64,000 bases of DNA from Macrostomum lignano (lineage: Eukaryota), in assembly GCA_002269645.1 (NCBI GenBank), contig NIVC01000028.1, positions 323,873 through 387,872 on the forward strand, written 5' to 3'. The position numbers and the translations under genes were made by a program. Positions 12,852 to 24,800 of this stretch are shown piece by piece. Numbering within the stretch: position 1 is the stretch's first letter; each line of letters starts with the position of its first letter. The notes under the pieces are model-generated. The model saw only the letters and a list, made by a program, of their open reading frames with translations, searched no databases and had not been told where the DNA came from.

Positions 12852-15800
12852 CTGGAATGCAGAAGACGCTGAATATGGTTTCATACTTTAGAGCACACGA
12901 ATAATTATGTATTAAGCACCTTGACGGTTGATGTCGAATTGCTTTGACAGAGATGGCTCCTTCGGGAGTTCTGAAAAGTTTTTATTTGATTCGACAGAAA
13001 AAAATATGCATTGCATTATCCAATCAGTGATAATTTCTGAGCACTTCCAACGTGATGCATAAATTTAACCTTGACTCACGGATCTGCTTCATCATCACTC
13101 GGTTCCTCGTCATAAGCATGGTCCGTGACAACTCTTCGTCTGGAATGGTTAAAATGTGCTGTAGCTGTATGTGCTGTAGCTGTGTGTGCCGTAGCTGTGT
13201 GTGCCGTAGCTGTGTGCGCTGTAGCTGTGTGCTGAAGGAACTTTTAACAGAGTCAACTATTGCAATATTTGACGGACGATAACAATTACACGAGGTCTCA
13301 AAAGCCAAAATCAGTCGATTTATATATTTTAATATATATATACAGTATTAGGCATGCACAAAGAACGTGCGTACATTACAATCGATAAATTAAAAGGCAA
13401 CTTGAGCGTGCCCCACCCCCCAGCGCAGGCCAACCCCAAAACCGATATTGTTACTCACAATATAAAGTCATCACATCCCTTCGCACTTAAGTATGAAAGT
13501 AGGATTAACAAAAAATAACATTATTAGTTATAATAAAAAATATTGAAGCGAGCAACACAACTAAGGTACTAAAATCTAGTTCATAAACAACAGTTACTTC
13601 AGCTGTAAGTCAGTCGCTCAGGTGCAGCGCACTTCCTCATCGAACGGCGAAGCTGCGGCATGGCGTCGGGCTCCACCGCAGCCTCAGCAGCAACGCCGTC
13701 AGGGAAAACTTCGGGTGCGTTCTTCGGCACTGCATCGCACTGCGGCACCGCTGCCGCAAGTACCGCCGGCTTGGTCGGAAGCTGACTGACCGCGGCCGGC
13801 TTGCGCACCTGGTCCACGTGCCTGTGTGCGTCTCTGTCGTCATCGAACCGGCACGTGAAGTCGGCCGCACCAGAACTGTCCGTGACTGTCGCCGGCCTCC
13901 AGCGTCCGTCACTCGCGAAGTTTCGCGCCAGCACCGAGTCGCCGACATTAATGCGGCAGTCGTGCGCGTGGGCATCGTGCTGCTCCTTCTGCAGTGCCTG
14001 CTGTACGGCCACCCGAGCGGGCAGGTCAGGGCGGACTCGGTCGAGCAACGATTTCAGCCTCCGTCCCATCAGCAGCTCGCAGGGAGCCCTCCCGGTAGTC
14101 GCATGCGGCGTGACTCGGTACGTCAGGAGGAACCGGGAGACTCGCTCCTCCAGAGAGCCGCTTCGCTGCTTGGCCAGCGCGCGCTTCAGAGTCTGAACTG
14201 CTCGCTCTGCTTGGCCGTTGGACGCCGGGTGGTACGGAGCCGTGCGCACGTGCCGGATGCCGTTCTTGCTCAGGAATGTCTCCATCTCCGCGCTGACCAG
14301 GTTCGGACCGTTGTCGGAAACAATCACGACCGTGAGTTGCAAAGCTCGATCGCAGCTTCTCGATTGTCGCAGTCGACGACGTCGAAGGCATCACATGCAC
14401 GTCTATCCACTTGGAGTGGGCGTCAACGACAACGAGCAACATCCGGCCCTGGACTGGCCCGGCGTAGTCAATGTGCAGGCGCAACCACGGCTTGTCCGGC
14501 CTAGCCCACGGCTGCAGTGGAAACGGACCTGGTGACTTCTGCATCTCCTGGCATTCGGTGCACGCGGCGACCAGCCGCTCGATCGCCTCGTCCAGCTTAG
14601 GCCACCAGAAAACGCTTCGAGCCAGCGCCTTCATTCTCGTGGCGCCCTGGTGCCCCTGGTGCAGGCTGTGCAGCAGCGCCTCTCGACCGGCCTCGGTAAC
14701 TACGACTCGGCAGCCCCAGAGCAGACAACCGTCTTGGGTGCTTAGCTGGTCGGCTCGCGTGCAGTATGGCTGCAGCTCAGGCGGCGGCCGCTCTGGCCAG
14801 CAGCCGGTCTCAGTGAAGCGCAGAACTCGGGACAAGTCCGGGTCTGTCCGAGTCCACGTCCGGATGTGCCGAGCCGTCACCGGTCCCTCGTCCAGGAAGT
14901 CCATGAGTAGGACGACTTCAGCTGGAGTTGGCGCTTCCTTCGGCTTCTCCGGCAGCGGCAGCCGACTCAGCGCATCGGCTCGAAGCAGCGACTTGCCCGC
15001 TCGATGGACCATTGAGTACTGGTAGTCGGCCAGGAGCAGCGCCCACCGCTGGATTCTGCCAGAAGCCAGTGCTTGTATCGGTTTCGACTGGTGCAGCAGC
15101 CCGAGCAGCGGCTTGTGGTTGCTCACCAGCTCGAAGTCTCGCCCGAACAGGTACATGTGAAATTTCTTAACTCCGTAGATGACCGCGAGCGCCTCCTTCT
15201 CGAGTTGTGAGTATCGGGTCTCTGCTTCATTTAGCGTGCGAGAGGCAAAGGCGATCGTTCTGTCGACTCCGTCGATCCGGTGGCTGATGACGGCACCGAT
15301 GCCGTAAGGCGAGGCGTCGCACTCGAGCACCAGCGGTTTCTGACGGTCGATATGCGCGAGCACCGGTGCCTGGCTGAGTAGCGACTTGCACCTGCGGAAC
15401 GCCTCGTCCTGCACAGCGTCCCATCGCCAGGGGGCGCCCTTGTTCAGCAGCTGGTTCAGCGGCGCCAGTTTGGTTGACAGATTGGGCATGAACTTGCCGT
15501 AATAATTTACCAGCCCGAGGAAGCTGCGCAGCTGCGTCTGGTCGCGGGGTGGTGACGCATCCTGGATCGCCCGCACCTTGTCCTGGAGAGGGTGCAGCCC
15601 TTCGGCGTCGATTCGGCGGTGCCTGAAGCTGATGCTCTGCTGCATAAAACTGCACTTGCTCAGGCCGCACCGGAGGCCGCTCTGCTGCAGTCGCCGAAGG
15701 ACCTGCTCTAGCGTCTTCAGGTGGCTGTCATCATCCACACCGGTAACCAGCAGGTCGTCAACAAAGCAGGTGACGTGGGGAATACCCTGCAGAAGGCAGT

Positions 15801-18800
15801 CCATCAGGCTCTGGAAAATGCCGACAGCGGGAGCAACTCCAAACGGCAGTCTCGTGTACCGCAGCAGCCCCTTGCTGGTATTGATGGTGCAGAGTTCTTG
15901 CGAGGCCTCGTCCAGAGGCAGCTTGCGACAAGACAAGCTTGGTGAATTTCTTTCCGCCGGCCAGTTTTGCGAAGAGCTCCTCGATCCTCGGCACCGGGTA
16001 CGTGTCAGGCTCTACGTCGAGGTTCACCGTTTGTTTAAAATCAGCGCATATGCGGACCGAGCCGTCTGTCTTTAAAACGGGTACGATCGGAGACGCGTAG
16101 TCCGAGCTGCTCACCGGCTTCAGCACTCCCTGTTCGATCTCTTTTCGAGTTGCGCCTCGACCTTCTCCTTTAGCGCAAGCGGGAAGTTTTTGGCCTTGAA
16201 GAACCTCGGCCGCGCTGAGGCTTTCAGCTGCAGCCGAACTGCGGGCCCCGTGTACCGACCGAGGCCCGGCTCGAAGACTTCGGCGTACTTGTCCAGCAGG
16301 CTCTTGAGCCCTGGTTGCCCTGACGGATGCTGTTGCACCTCCTTGATGTTTCGCCAGTCCAGTGGAAGTTCGGCCAGCCAGTCGCGGCCAATCAGATTTG
16401 AGCCCGCACCGTCGGTCACGAGCAGCGGAAGCACCTTGATGGCGACCTCGGTCGGCGCGCGAACTCGAAGTTGGCCGAGTACGGGCACCAGCTCTCCGGA
16501 GTACGTCCGCAGCTGCATGTTGACTTGTTCGAGTCTGGGACGCCCGCGCAGTACTTCGTTGTAGGTCTTCGCAGAGATGAGTGACACAGACGCCCCAGTA
16601 TCGACCTCCATGCAGACTGGCGTGCCGTCGATGTCGATGGTGGTCTTGATCGGCGGAATCTTGCCGCCTACGGCAGCCGCCATCACTTGCAGCGAGAAAG
16701 CCTCCTCCACTGCCTCCTCCGCCTGCAGCTCTTGGACGGTCGAGTCGACGCGACGATTCGAAGCTCGCTGCAGCCCCGCTGATCTCTCGTCCCGCTGAGC
16801 AGGCGGCGCTGCCTTGCACGCAGCAGCGATGTGTCCGGTTTTCGAGCATGCGTAACACCTACTATTAATGAACGGGCACTTTGCAGCCAGGTGGCGCTGG
16901 GACCGGCATCCATAGCAACGCTTCGCTGGCGGCCCGCTGGCCGCCTCCCGCTGGGCAGAATGGTGAAGAGCGTGCACCGTGTCAGAGCCGGCGCCTTTAG
17001 CCACCAGCAGGTTGCCTTGAGCGGCCGACTCGTGCGCCTGCGCCAGCGACAGCGCCGTATCCGGCGAGAACTCCTTCTCTGTGAAGAGCCTCCGCTGAAT
17101 GGAATCATCACTGATCCCCAGGACCAGCCGGTCCCTGAGCATGCTGCTGAGCCCAACGCCGAAATTGAAGTCCCGAGCTAGCTTACACAGCTCAGCCAGG
17201 AACTCTGCCACCGACTCGCCTGCCTGACGGCTTCTGCTGTAGAACCTGAATCGCCGTACAATCTCTGGTGGGGTTGGATCAAAATGCTCCTTCAGCTTAG
17301 CACAGATGGCGTCGTAGGTCGTGTCCTTCGGCAGAGCTGGTGACAGCAGGTTTGATATCAGCTGGTAGGTGTCCCTGCCACAAATGCTCAGCAGCACGGC
17401 TCGTCTCTTTTTATTGCTGATTTCATTTGCTGTGAAAAACTGTTCTAAGCGCTCCTGGTACTGCTGCCAGGTCTCAGTGCCCTCTTCAAAGGGTCCTATT
17501 GAGCCTATCAGACTCATTCCTCGTCGCCACTTTAACAGAGTCAACTATTGCAATATTTGGCGGACGATAACAATTACACGAGGGCTCAAAATCCAAAATC
17601 AGTCGATTTATATATTTTAACAAGCTGTTAAAACCCGCAGATTTTGAACCCGGGGAACTCCATTCCCTGGAATTATTTTTGCATGTATTCTAAAATCTGA
17701 GGTCAAACTCAAACAAAACTTGTTAATAGTTAGGAAAGACTTAAACATAAAATAGAGTATTCGTGTAAAATTAAGATTTGAAGCCAGCATTGATATTGTC
17801 AGGCAAACTCTGGCCTCTACCTCTGTCTCTCCCTATGTCCCTTGGATCCTTTGAAACTTCTATCTTCTCTCCTTTTCTCTCCTTTCTCCTTTCTCCTCTT
17901 TTATCTCTTCTCATTTCTCTCTGCTCTCTACTCCCTCTTTCCTCTCCCCTTTTTTCACTCCTTACTCTACGCTCTCTCAACACTTCCCAGTTTCAATGCA
18001 TGTCTGTCCACTCTCTTCTCATCTCTTCTATTGTCTCTTCCTTCACCTCTCTTCTCGTCTTTGCTCTCTTATCTCCCCTTTCTCTTCTTTTATCTTCTCT
18101 CTCTTATCTTTTCTCATTTCTCTATGCACTCTCTCCTCTCATCTCTCTGCTCTCTCATCTCTCTGCTCTCTCATCTCTCTGCTCTCTCCTGTCCCATCTC
18201 CTTTCTCTCTAATCTCTCCCCTTTTTCTCACCTCCCTCCTTTTCACCAATTTCCCCTGTCCTCTCGATTCTCTCCCCTCCCCTCCTCTCTCCTCACTCAC
18301 TTCTCATCTCTCCCTTGTTTCCACCTCTTATCTCTTATTTCTTATTTCTCCTTTCTCTCTACTCTCCCATCTCTTGTCTGTTCAGTGTTCACTCTCGTTT
18401 CTGCTATCTCATCTCCCTTCTCTAATCTTTCATCTTTACTCTCATATGTTCTCTCACCTCTCTCCTATTGTACTCTTCTCTTTTCCCTTTTCTGACTCAG
18501 GACTCTCTTTCCTTTCTTCTTTCTTCTCGTCTCTTCTCTTCCATCTTCTATACTCTCTCCCTCTCTTGTTTTCTCTCTTCTCTCTACACTCTCCTCTCCT
18601 CTCATATATTGTCTGTTTACTCTCATCTTTGCTCACTCATTCCCCTCTCTCTTCTGTCATCTCTACTCCCCTTCTCTCCTCTTTTCCTCTCTCCTTGTAC
18701 TCTTCTCTTTTTCCTCTTCTGACTCTACTCTTTTCTACTCCTCTCTTCTCTTCCCTCTTGTCCCCTCTATTCTCTTCTCTCGTCTCTCTGCACTGCAAGT

Positions 18801-18852
18801 TTCAACGCTGAGTTGCCACTATTCAAGGAGGAGATGTCGAAATGACAGACAC

Positions 18853-18887
<35 letters not shown>

Positions 18888-21800
18888 ACACGTCAACTTT
18901 AGTATATACAGAGACGAGTGGAACTCCTCCTTCGGAGAAAGGGGAACAACTCCCATCACCGGAATTCCATTCCCTGAAATATCCATCAACTGAAATTCCC
19001 TGTATTGAACCCTATCTTCCAAATCGTCTCTAAATTCTTTACAAAACCTTTCAAAGACCATAGCTCAAAGACTCTCACGTCTCTCATATCTCATATCTCC
19101 TCTTCTCTTCGCTATTATCGTGACTCTCTTCTCTGTCCTCTCTCTCATCTTATCTCTACCCCTACTCCCTTATTTATCTCTTCTCCCTCGTCTTTCGTCT
19201 GTAACCTCTCCTGTCACTTGTCTCCTCTCTTCTCTCATATCTCTCCTCTTCACCTCTGTCTCCTGTCTCCTCTCTTCTCTCTTATCTCTCCCTCTTCTCT
19301 CCTCTCTCAAATCTCATCTCTACTAACTTATCTATCGTCTCTCCTAACCCTCTGTCTCTTCTCTTTTCTCTCCTATCTGATCTCATATCTCATATGCGCT
19401 CTCACACTCTACTTTCTTATCTCCCATTTTTCTTCCCTCCCTTCCACTATCCCCTGTCTCTTCTCTTCTCTCTTCTCTATCCTCTCCATCCTTTCTTCTC
19501 TCCTCTCCTTTCTCCTTTCATCTTCTCCCCTCTCTTCTCTAATCTCTAATCTCTTCTCTCCTATGTTCTCACTTATCTCTTTTCTCATCGCATCTCTCCT
19601 CTCTCCTCTCCTCACTACTTTCCTCTCTTAACTCTCTCTTCTCCTCTCGCTTCTCTCTCCTCTCTCTTCTCTCATCTCTACTACCTTGTTTATATCTTCT
19701 CCCGGGTCTTTCGTCTCTACTCTCTCCTGTCTCTTTTCTCCTCTCTTCTCTCTTCCCTCATCTCTCATCCCTCATCCCCTCATCTTACTCTTTCTTTCTC
19801 CTCTACTCTCCCCTCTCTTCTCCCCTCTGTACGCTCTTATCCCTCATCTTTTCTCTCTTTTATCATCTCTTTTGTCTCCCTGTGTTATCTCATATCTCCC
19901 CTCTCATCTCCTCTCTCATCTTCTCTTCTCTCTCCCTCTTTGTTCCCGCCTTACTTCCCTCTTCTCTCCCCCTTGTCATGTCTAATTTCTCCACTCATTT
20001 CTACTCTGTTTTCTATCATCTCATCTCTCTTCTCTTTTCATTATTTTCTTTACTCTCTTCTCTGACTGATTGAAGATGCCAAATCCATCAAGATCCTCTC
20101 CGCGAAGCAGAAATCCTGTCGGTGCAACTGAAAACCATCGAAATCCTCTCCGTGAAACTGGACTGAGACTAACAAAACTAGACTCAACAAAACTGGACTC
20201 AATCGAAATTTTCTCCGTCAAAAAGAATAAATTATCAGGATTCATTGGTTAGGGCTATTGTTAGGGTTAGGGTTCGAGCTACACACAGCTGCGTGTCCAA
20301 ATAAAAATTGAACCAATTGAATCAATTGATTGCGCAACCGATTTCTCAGTCAGTCAGTATCCGTCTCAGTTAAAGTTAACAAAAAGATTGCGCAATCTAA
20401 ATCAACCCTCCAGTACACAGAGGCCGACCCCTTTTCAATACGCAGTGGCAGTTAGAAATTGAATCCCCAACTGTTGGGGGGGGTCGGTCGAACGCCCATT
20501 GAACCAAAAAATGAGTACAATCTTTGCAGAAAGCTAAAAGTATGAAATAGTTTTTGTGATGCTGTGCTTTTAGTTTTTATATTTAAAACAAACAATTTAT
20601 ATCCTCGAACTCAGCGTTGCAAGATCTTTTCAGCAGTATAAGTCTCTTCTCTGGAAGTTTAAAACTCGAAGAGCAGTTAGCGTTTGAAACTGTCTGATTT
20701 ATAGCATTGAAGTATCGAGTGTACGTTCACTGCCTGCTTGCAAGTTGATGCATTGAATTTCAATGTCCAAAAAATACACATGGCTGCCCATTGAGAGGCA
20801 GGAAAACTCCTGCTGAATTATCTATACAGTCAGCCAGTGAGCCAGGGTCCAAGTGTACACACGCAGCCATGAGAACGCTCCCACCCCCCACTGGAGAGAA
20901 ATACACTACAGAGATAAGAAAAAGTGGTGGCGCAATCACTAAAAATTGATGCATTTTCAGCTCCGAGCAGAAAAAAGGGACAAATAAGACTATCAAAATT
21001 ATTAAAATAGCCTATAGCCGACCTCGGATAATTTCCAATCTTCCCATTTAAGTTTCAACGCTGAGTTGCCACTATTCAAGGAGGAGTTGTCGAAATGACA
21101 CACAGACAGACAAACAGACAGACTTAAGTGTACCCCAACCCACAGAACTCACGGCAGTGCCAGAGGCTCGTCGAAGTAAATCTTTCCGTCGTACCTAAAT
21201 AGGCAGTGCGGAGTCTGAAGTCAGGGGGTATTCCATTGAGAGACCATGCTCTATGCTTAATTTCTTCCTTTTGTTTAAATTAACTTCAAAACAATTTTTT
21301 TAAATTTGTTTTAAAATTTGTTTTAAAATTTGTTTTAAATTCTTTGTTTTGTTGTAAAAATCTGTAATATTACCAAAAAAGCACAAAAAATTTAAATGTT
21401 AAACTTAAACTCAACTATCACAGCAAACTGCTTGCTGGTGTCTCACAGCTCGCAGGCAGCTGAACATTAATATTCAACTGGCAATCTGCAGTCAAACTGC
21501 ACTGCAAACTCCCTCAATGCAGCTCAGTCAGTGTCTGCTGCCCGTTTAAACTACAAAAATGTAAAAATGCCCACTCAGAGCAACTGCAGTCAGCTGCTCA
21601 ATATTAAATCATAAATTACAGCATAATGTTTATCAATGATAAATCAAAGTCAGAGAGACATTCTCAGTCGCCATGGAAACTCACCCACGCAGCAGCTCAG
21701 CCAATTCGCTCTTTTCCTTCTGTGTGGCCAAATCCAGCGCAGTCCTGCCGTATTTGTTCTTCAGGCTCCAATCCGCCCCTGAGTCCAGCAGAACCCGACC

Positions 21801-24800
21801 GAATGCGGCGGCGGTGGCGGAGGGCGTATTGATGGCTGCCAGCATGAGGGGCGTGAATTCACACTGACCCGTGGCATTGGCGGAGGCTCCGGCAGCCAGC
21901 AGAGCGGAGGCTGCGGCAGAATTGCCAGTCCTGGCTGCATGGTGCAGGCAACTTTCAGCCAATATAGTCGCACAGGTGGGGTCACCTAGCTGCACCAGCT
22001 GCTCCCACTGAGCCTCATCACCACACGAGCTGTTCTCAGCTGCCCACATCAACGCGGTGCGACCCCGAATGTCAGGCAGGTCGCAGTTGCCGCGGGTCGC
22101 CGCTCGCCGCAGCCCCGCCAAGTCGCCCGCCTCGGCCAGCCGCTCCAGTTTCTGTCGAACCGCCTCCTCCTGCAAAGGCGAGCGGGAAATTTGAGCACAG
22201 CTGCTCAGCTGCAGCCGCATCGGCACTGCAGATGCCGCTCACCTGGTCTGTCAGGCCGGAGATCTTGTCACCTTTGCTCACAACCAGCCGCATCTCCCTG
22301 AAACAACAAAAATGAGCAGCGAATTTGCAATTTTCTCAAATCCGACAACTAAGATCGCAAAAAAATTAATTCCAAGATGTATGAATTAATTTTCATGATA
22401 AATTCAGTAGACAGAAATGTTTTGTTTGAAGAACGCCAAGTCAATGAATTATGGTAGTTTGAAATTAAGCTATATTTTAGCGGCAGCGCGCTCCTAGGGT
22501 CTTGTGCTCCTAAATGAAAAGATTCAAAGCTTAGGAAACAAAGGAGAGTACCGTATCGCGTCGCATAAACCATAGACTATTTTCGAAGTAAAAGTCTATA
22601 CTTTGCAGTAGTCATAGCAATACGCAACACCCCCACCGATGCTTATACAGTGCAGTTCAAAGTTACGCCTTAAGCAATTCAGTAATAAGTCAATCGTTCC
22701 GGAGGTCGCCTGACTCGTGTGCTCCTACGGAACTCGAGCACACCGTGTTCCTTGTGCCTAGGCGACTGCATTGCATGGCGCATTGGACTTGTGGTAGCAC
22801 TGTCTTGGCACGTAGTTGCATCAGTATCACGAGGGGTGATCCCAGACTGCTTCGAATCATCAATCGGTAGTTCCTCTGTACGAGCAGTAGCATCGGACTG
22901 GTGCACTAGTCGTCCTTCTGCGTCTCGGAAAGTATTTGTACCAACTGTAGACTTCAGCTCAGAGGGGACCCGTTGCTCCTTGTGCTCCACACGCACGAAA
23001 ACAGGAACTGGCTCTTGAACCGGCCTCGTCCTCTCTGTACAAATGGCTGATAGACGTGTTCGGGGCGACTGCTGAAACACCAGAAGTGCCGGAATTGATC
23101 CATTGCAGTGAGGAGTCGTATTCTGAAACAGGCAGAATCCTGCTCAATGCCTTTCCAGCTCAGAAAGATTGGCACCAGCGTTTAACTTTCTTAAATAAAA
23201 CTTCAGTTCTTCAATGACTCTCTCCACCTGACCGTTGGATTGATGATGTCCTCGGGGAGTAAGTGTGTGGTCGATGTAGTTCTCTCGCAGGAAAGTAACG
23301 AAATCTTCTGCCACAAAAGTTCCACCATTGTCCGAAACCAGATTTTTCGGCAATCCGGTATACTTGAACGTTTTTCTCAGCGCACTGATGACAATGGATG
23401 CTTTCATTGACGGCACGGACTGTACATCTACCCATTTTGAAAATGCGTCAACCAGGACAAGGAAGCGTTGACTTTTGAAAGTAGCGATGTCAACGTGAAC
23501 TCTCTCGAAGAAACTTTTTGTCTCCGGCCATGACGACAGATTTGCATTGCTTCTTTTCCTAGCATGTAGCTGGCATTGAACACAACGTTGAACGAATGCA
23601 TTGATTTGAGCATCTATGTCGGGCCACCAGAAGTACTGTCTGGATAGACGTAGCATCCTCACGATGCCGGGGTGGTCCTCGTGAAGCATCTGAAGAATTT
23701 CGCTTCTCAGGCTAGAGGGTGGGACGATGCGCAATCCTTTGAAAATCAATCCGTTTTGGAGTGTGTATTCCAACTTATTGCGTGAATATGGCAGCATAGC
23801 TGGTGGTGGATAAGCAGGCCAGCCGTCTTGAATGTACTTCTTGAGCATGTCCAACTTGTAATCTTTAGTTCGCACGATCCTCTGCAGTAGCTGTTCGGGG
23901 TTTCCGAAACCCTCCAGTGCATTGATTTCTATGAGGTTGATCTTCTGATCCGCTGAGTCCGACTGCAATGGAAGTCTAGACAAAGTGTCTGCAGCGTACA
24001 TCGTTTCACCCTTGACGTACTTCACATTGTAATCGTAAGCTCTTAACAGTAATGCCCATCGCTGAATCCTTGCTGAAACTCGCTCGGAGACCTTGTTCGG
24101 ATTAAATATGTACTGAAGCGGTCGGTGATCAGAAATGATGGTAAATTTTCGACCCGCGAGGTACTGATAAAAGTATCTGGTCCCTTCGACGATCGCTAAC
24201 GCCTCCCGCTCAATGTTAGCGTAGTTGCTCTCCGCTGGAGTCAGGACTCGGCTGCCTAGCCAGACAACCTGTCGTTGCATTGGATCATGAGCTAGAACGT
24301 ACCCGAGGCCATCCTTAGAGGCGTCACAAATCAAGTACAACGGTTTCGTAATGTCGTATGCGGTTATCACACCGCCTGCAATAATGCTCTTCAGCTTGTC
24401 GAATGCCGCAGACTGCTCTCCATGCCAACTCCAGTGAACTCCTTTCTTCAGCAGCTGATATAACGGTCGTGCAATCATTGAAAAGTTTTTGCAGAAGACG
24501 CCATAGTGTCGGAAGGTGCACAGAGCGCTACGCAGTTGGTCTTTGTCTTTTGGATATGGTAACCTCTTCCACGCCTCCATTCGTGCTGGGTCGGGGTGCA
24601 TGCCTCCATCGCGCAAAATGAAGCCAAGAAATCGAACTTCTCTACGACATTCTTGAGACTTTCTCTGGTTAATCTTGAACCCGCAGTTTGCCAAACGATC
24701 CTTGACTTGACGAACCAGCTGCATGTGTTTTTCGACTGAATCCTCAGGAGTCCCAATACCAGGGGGGTAATGATGTCATTCTGATATGAGGCTGTAAATG

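Noticed and set aside
18819-20250. Candidate extra caspase exons in the unique patches among the CT tracts
   Set aside because: They lie inside the TSD-bounded insertion, have no recognisable domain, and the gene model is phase-complete without them.
21681-22226. Stand-alone single-exon ankyrin genes as given by the ORF track (also 27637, 35543, 36692, 45798, 46951)
   Set aside because: Their starts lie in introns and their stops overlap GTGAGT donors; they are better explained as internal exons.
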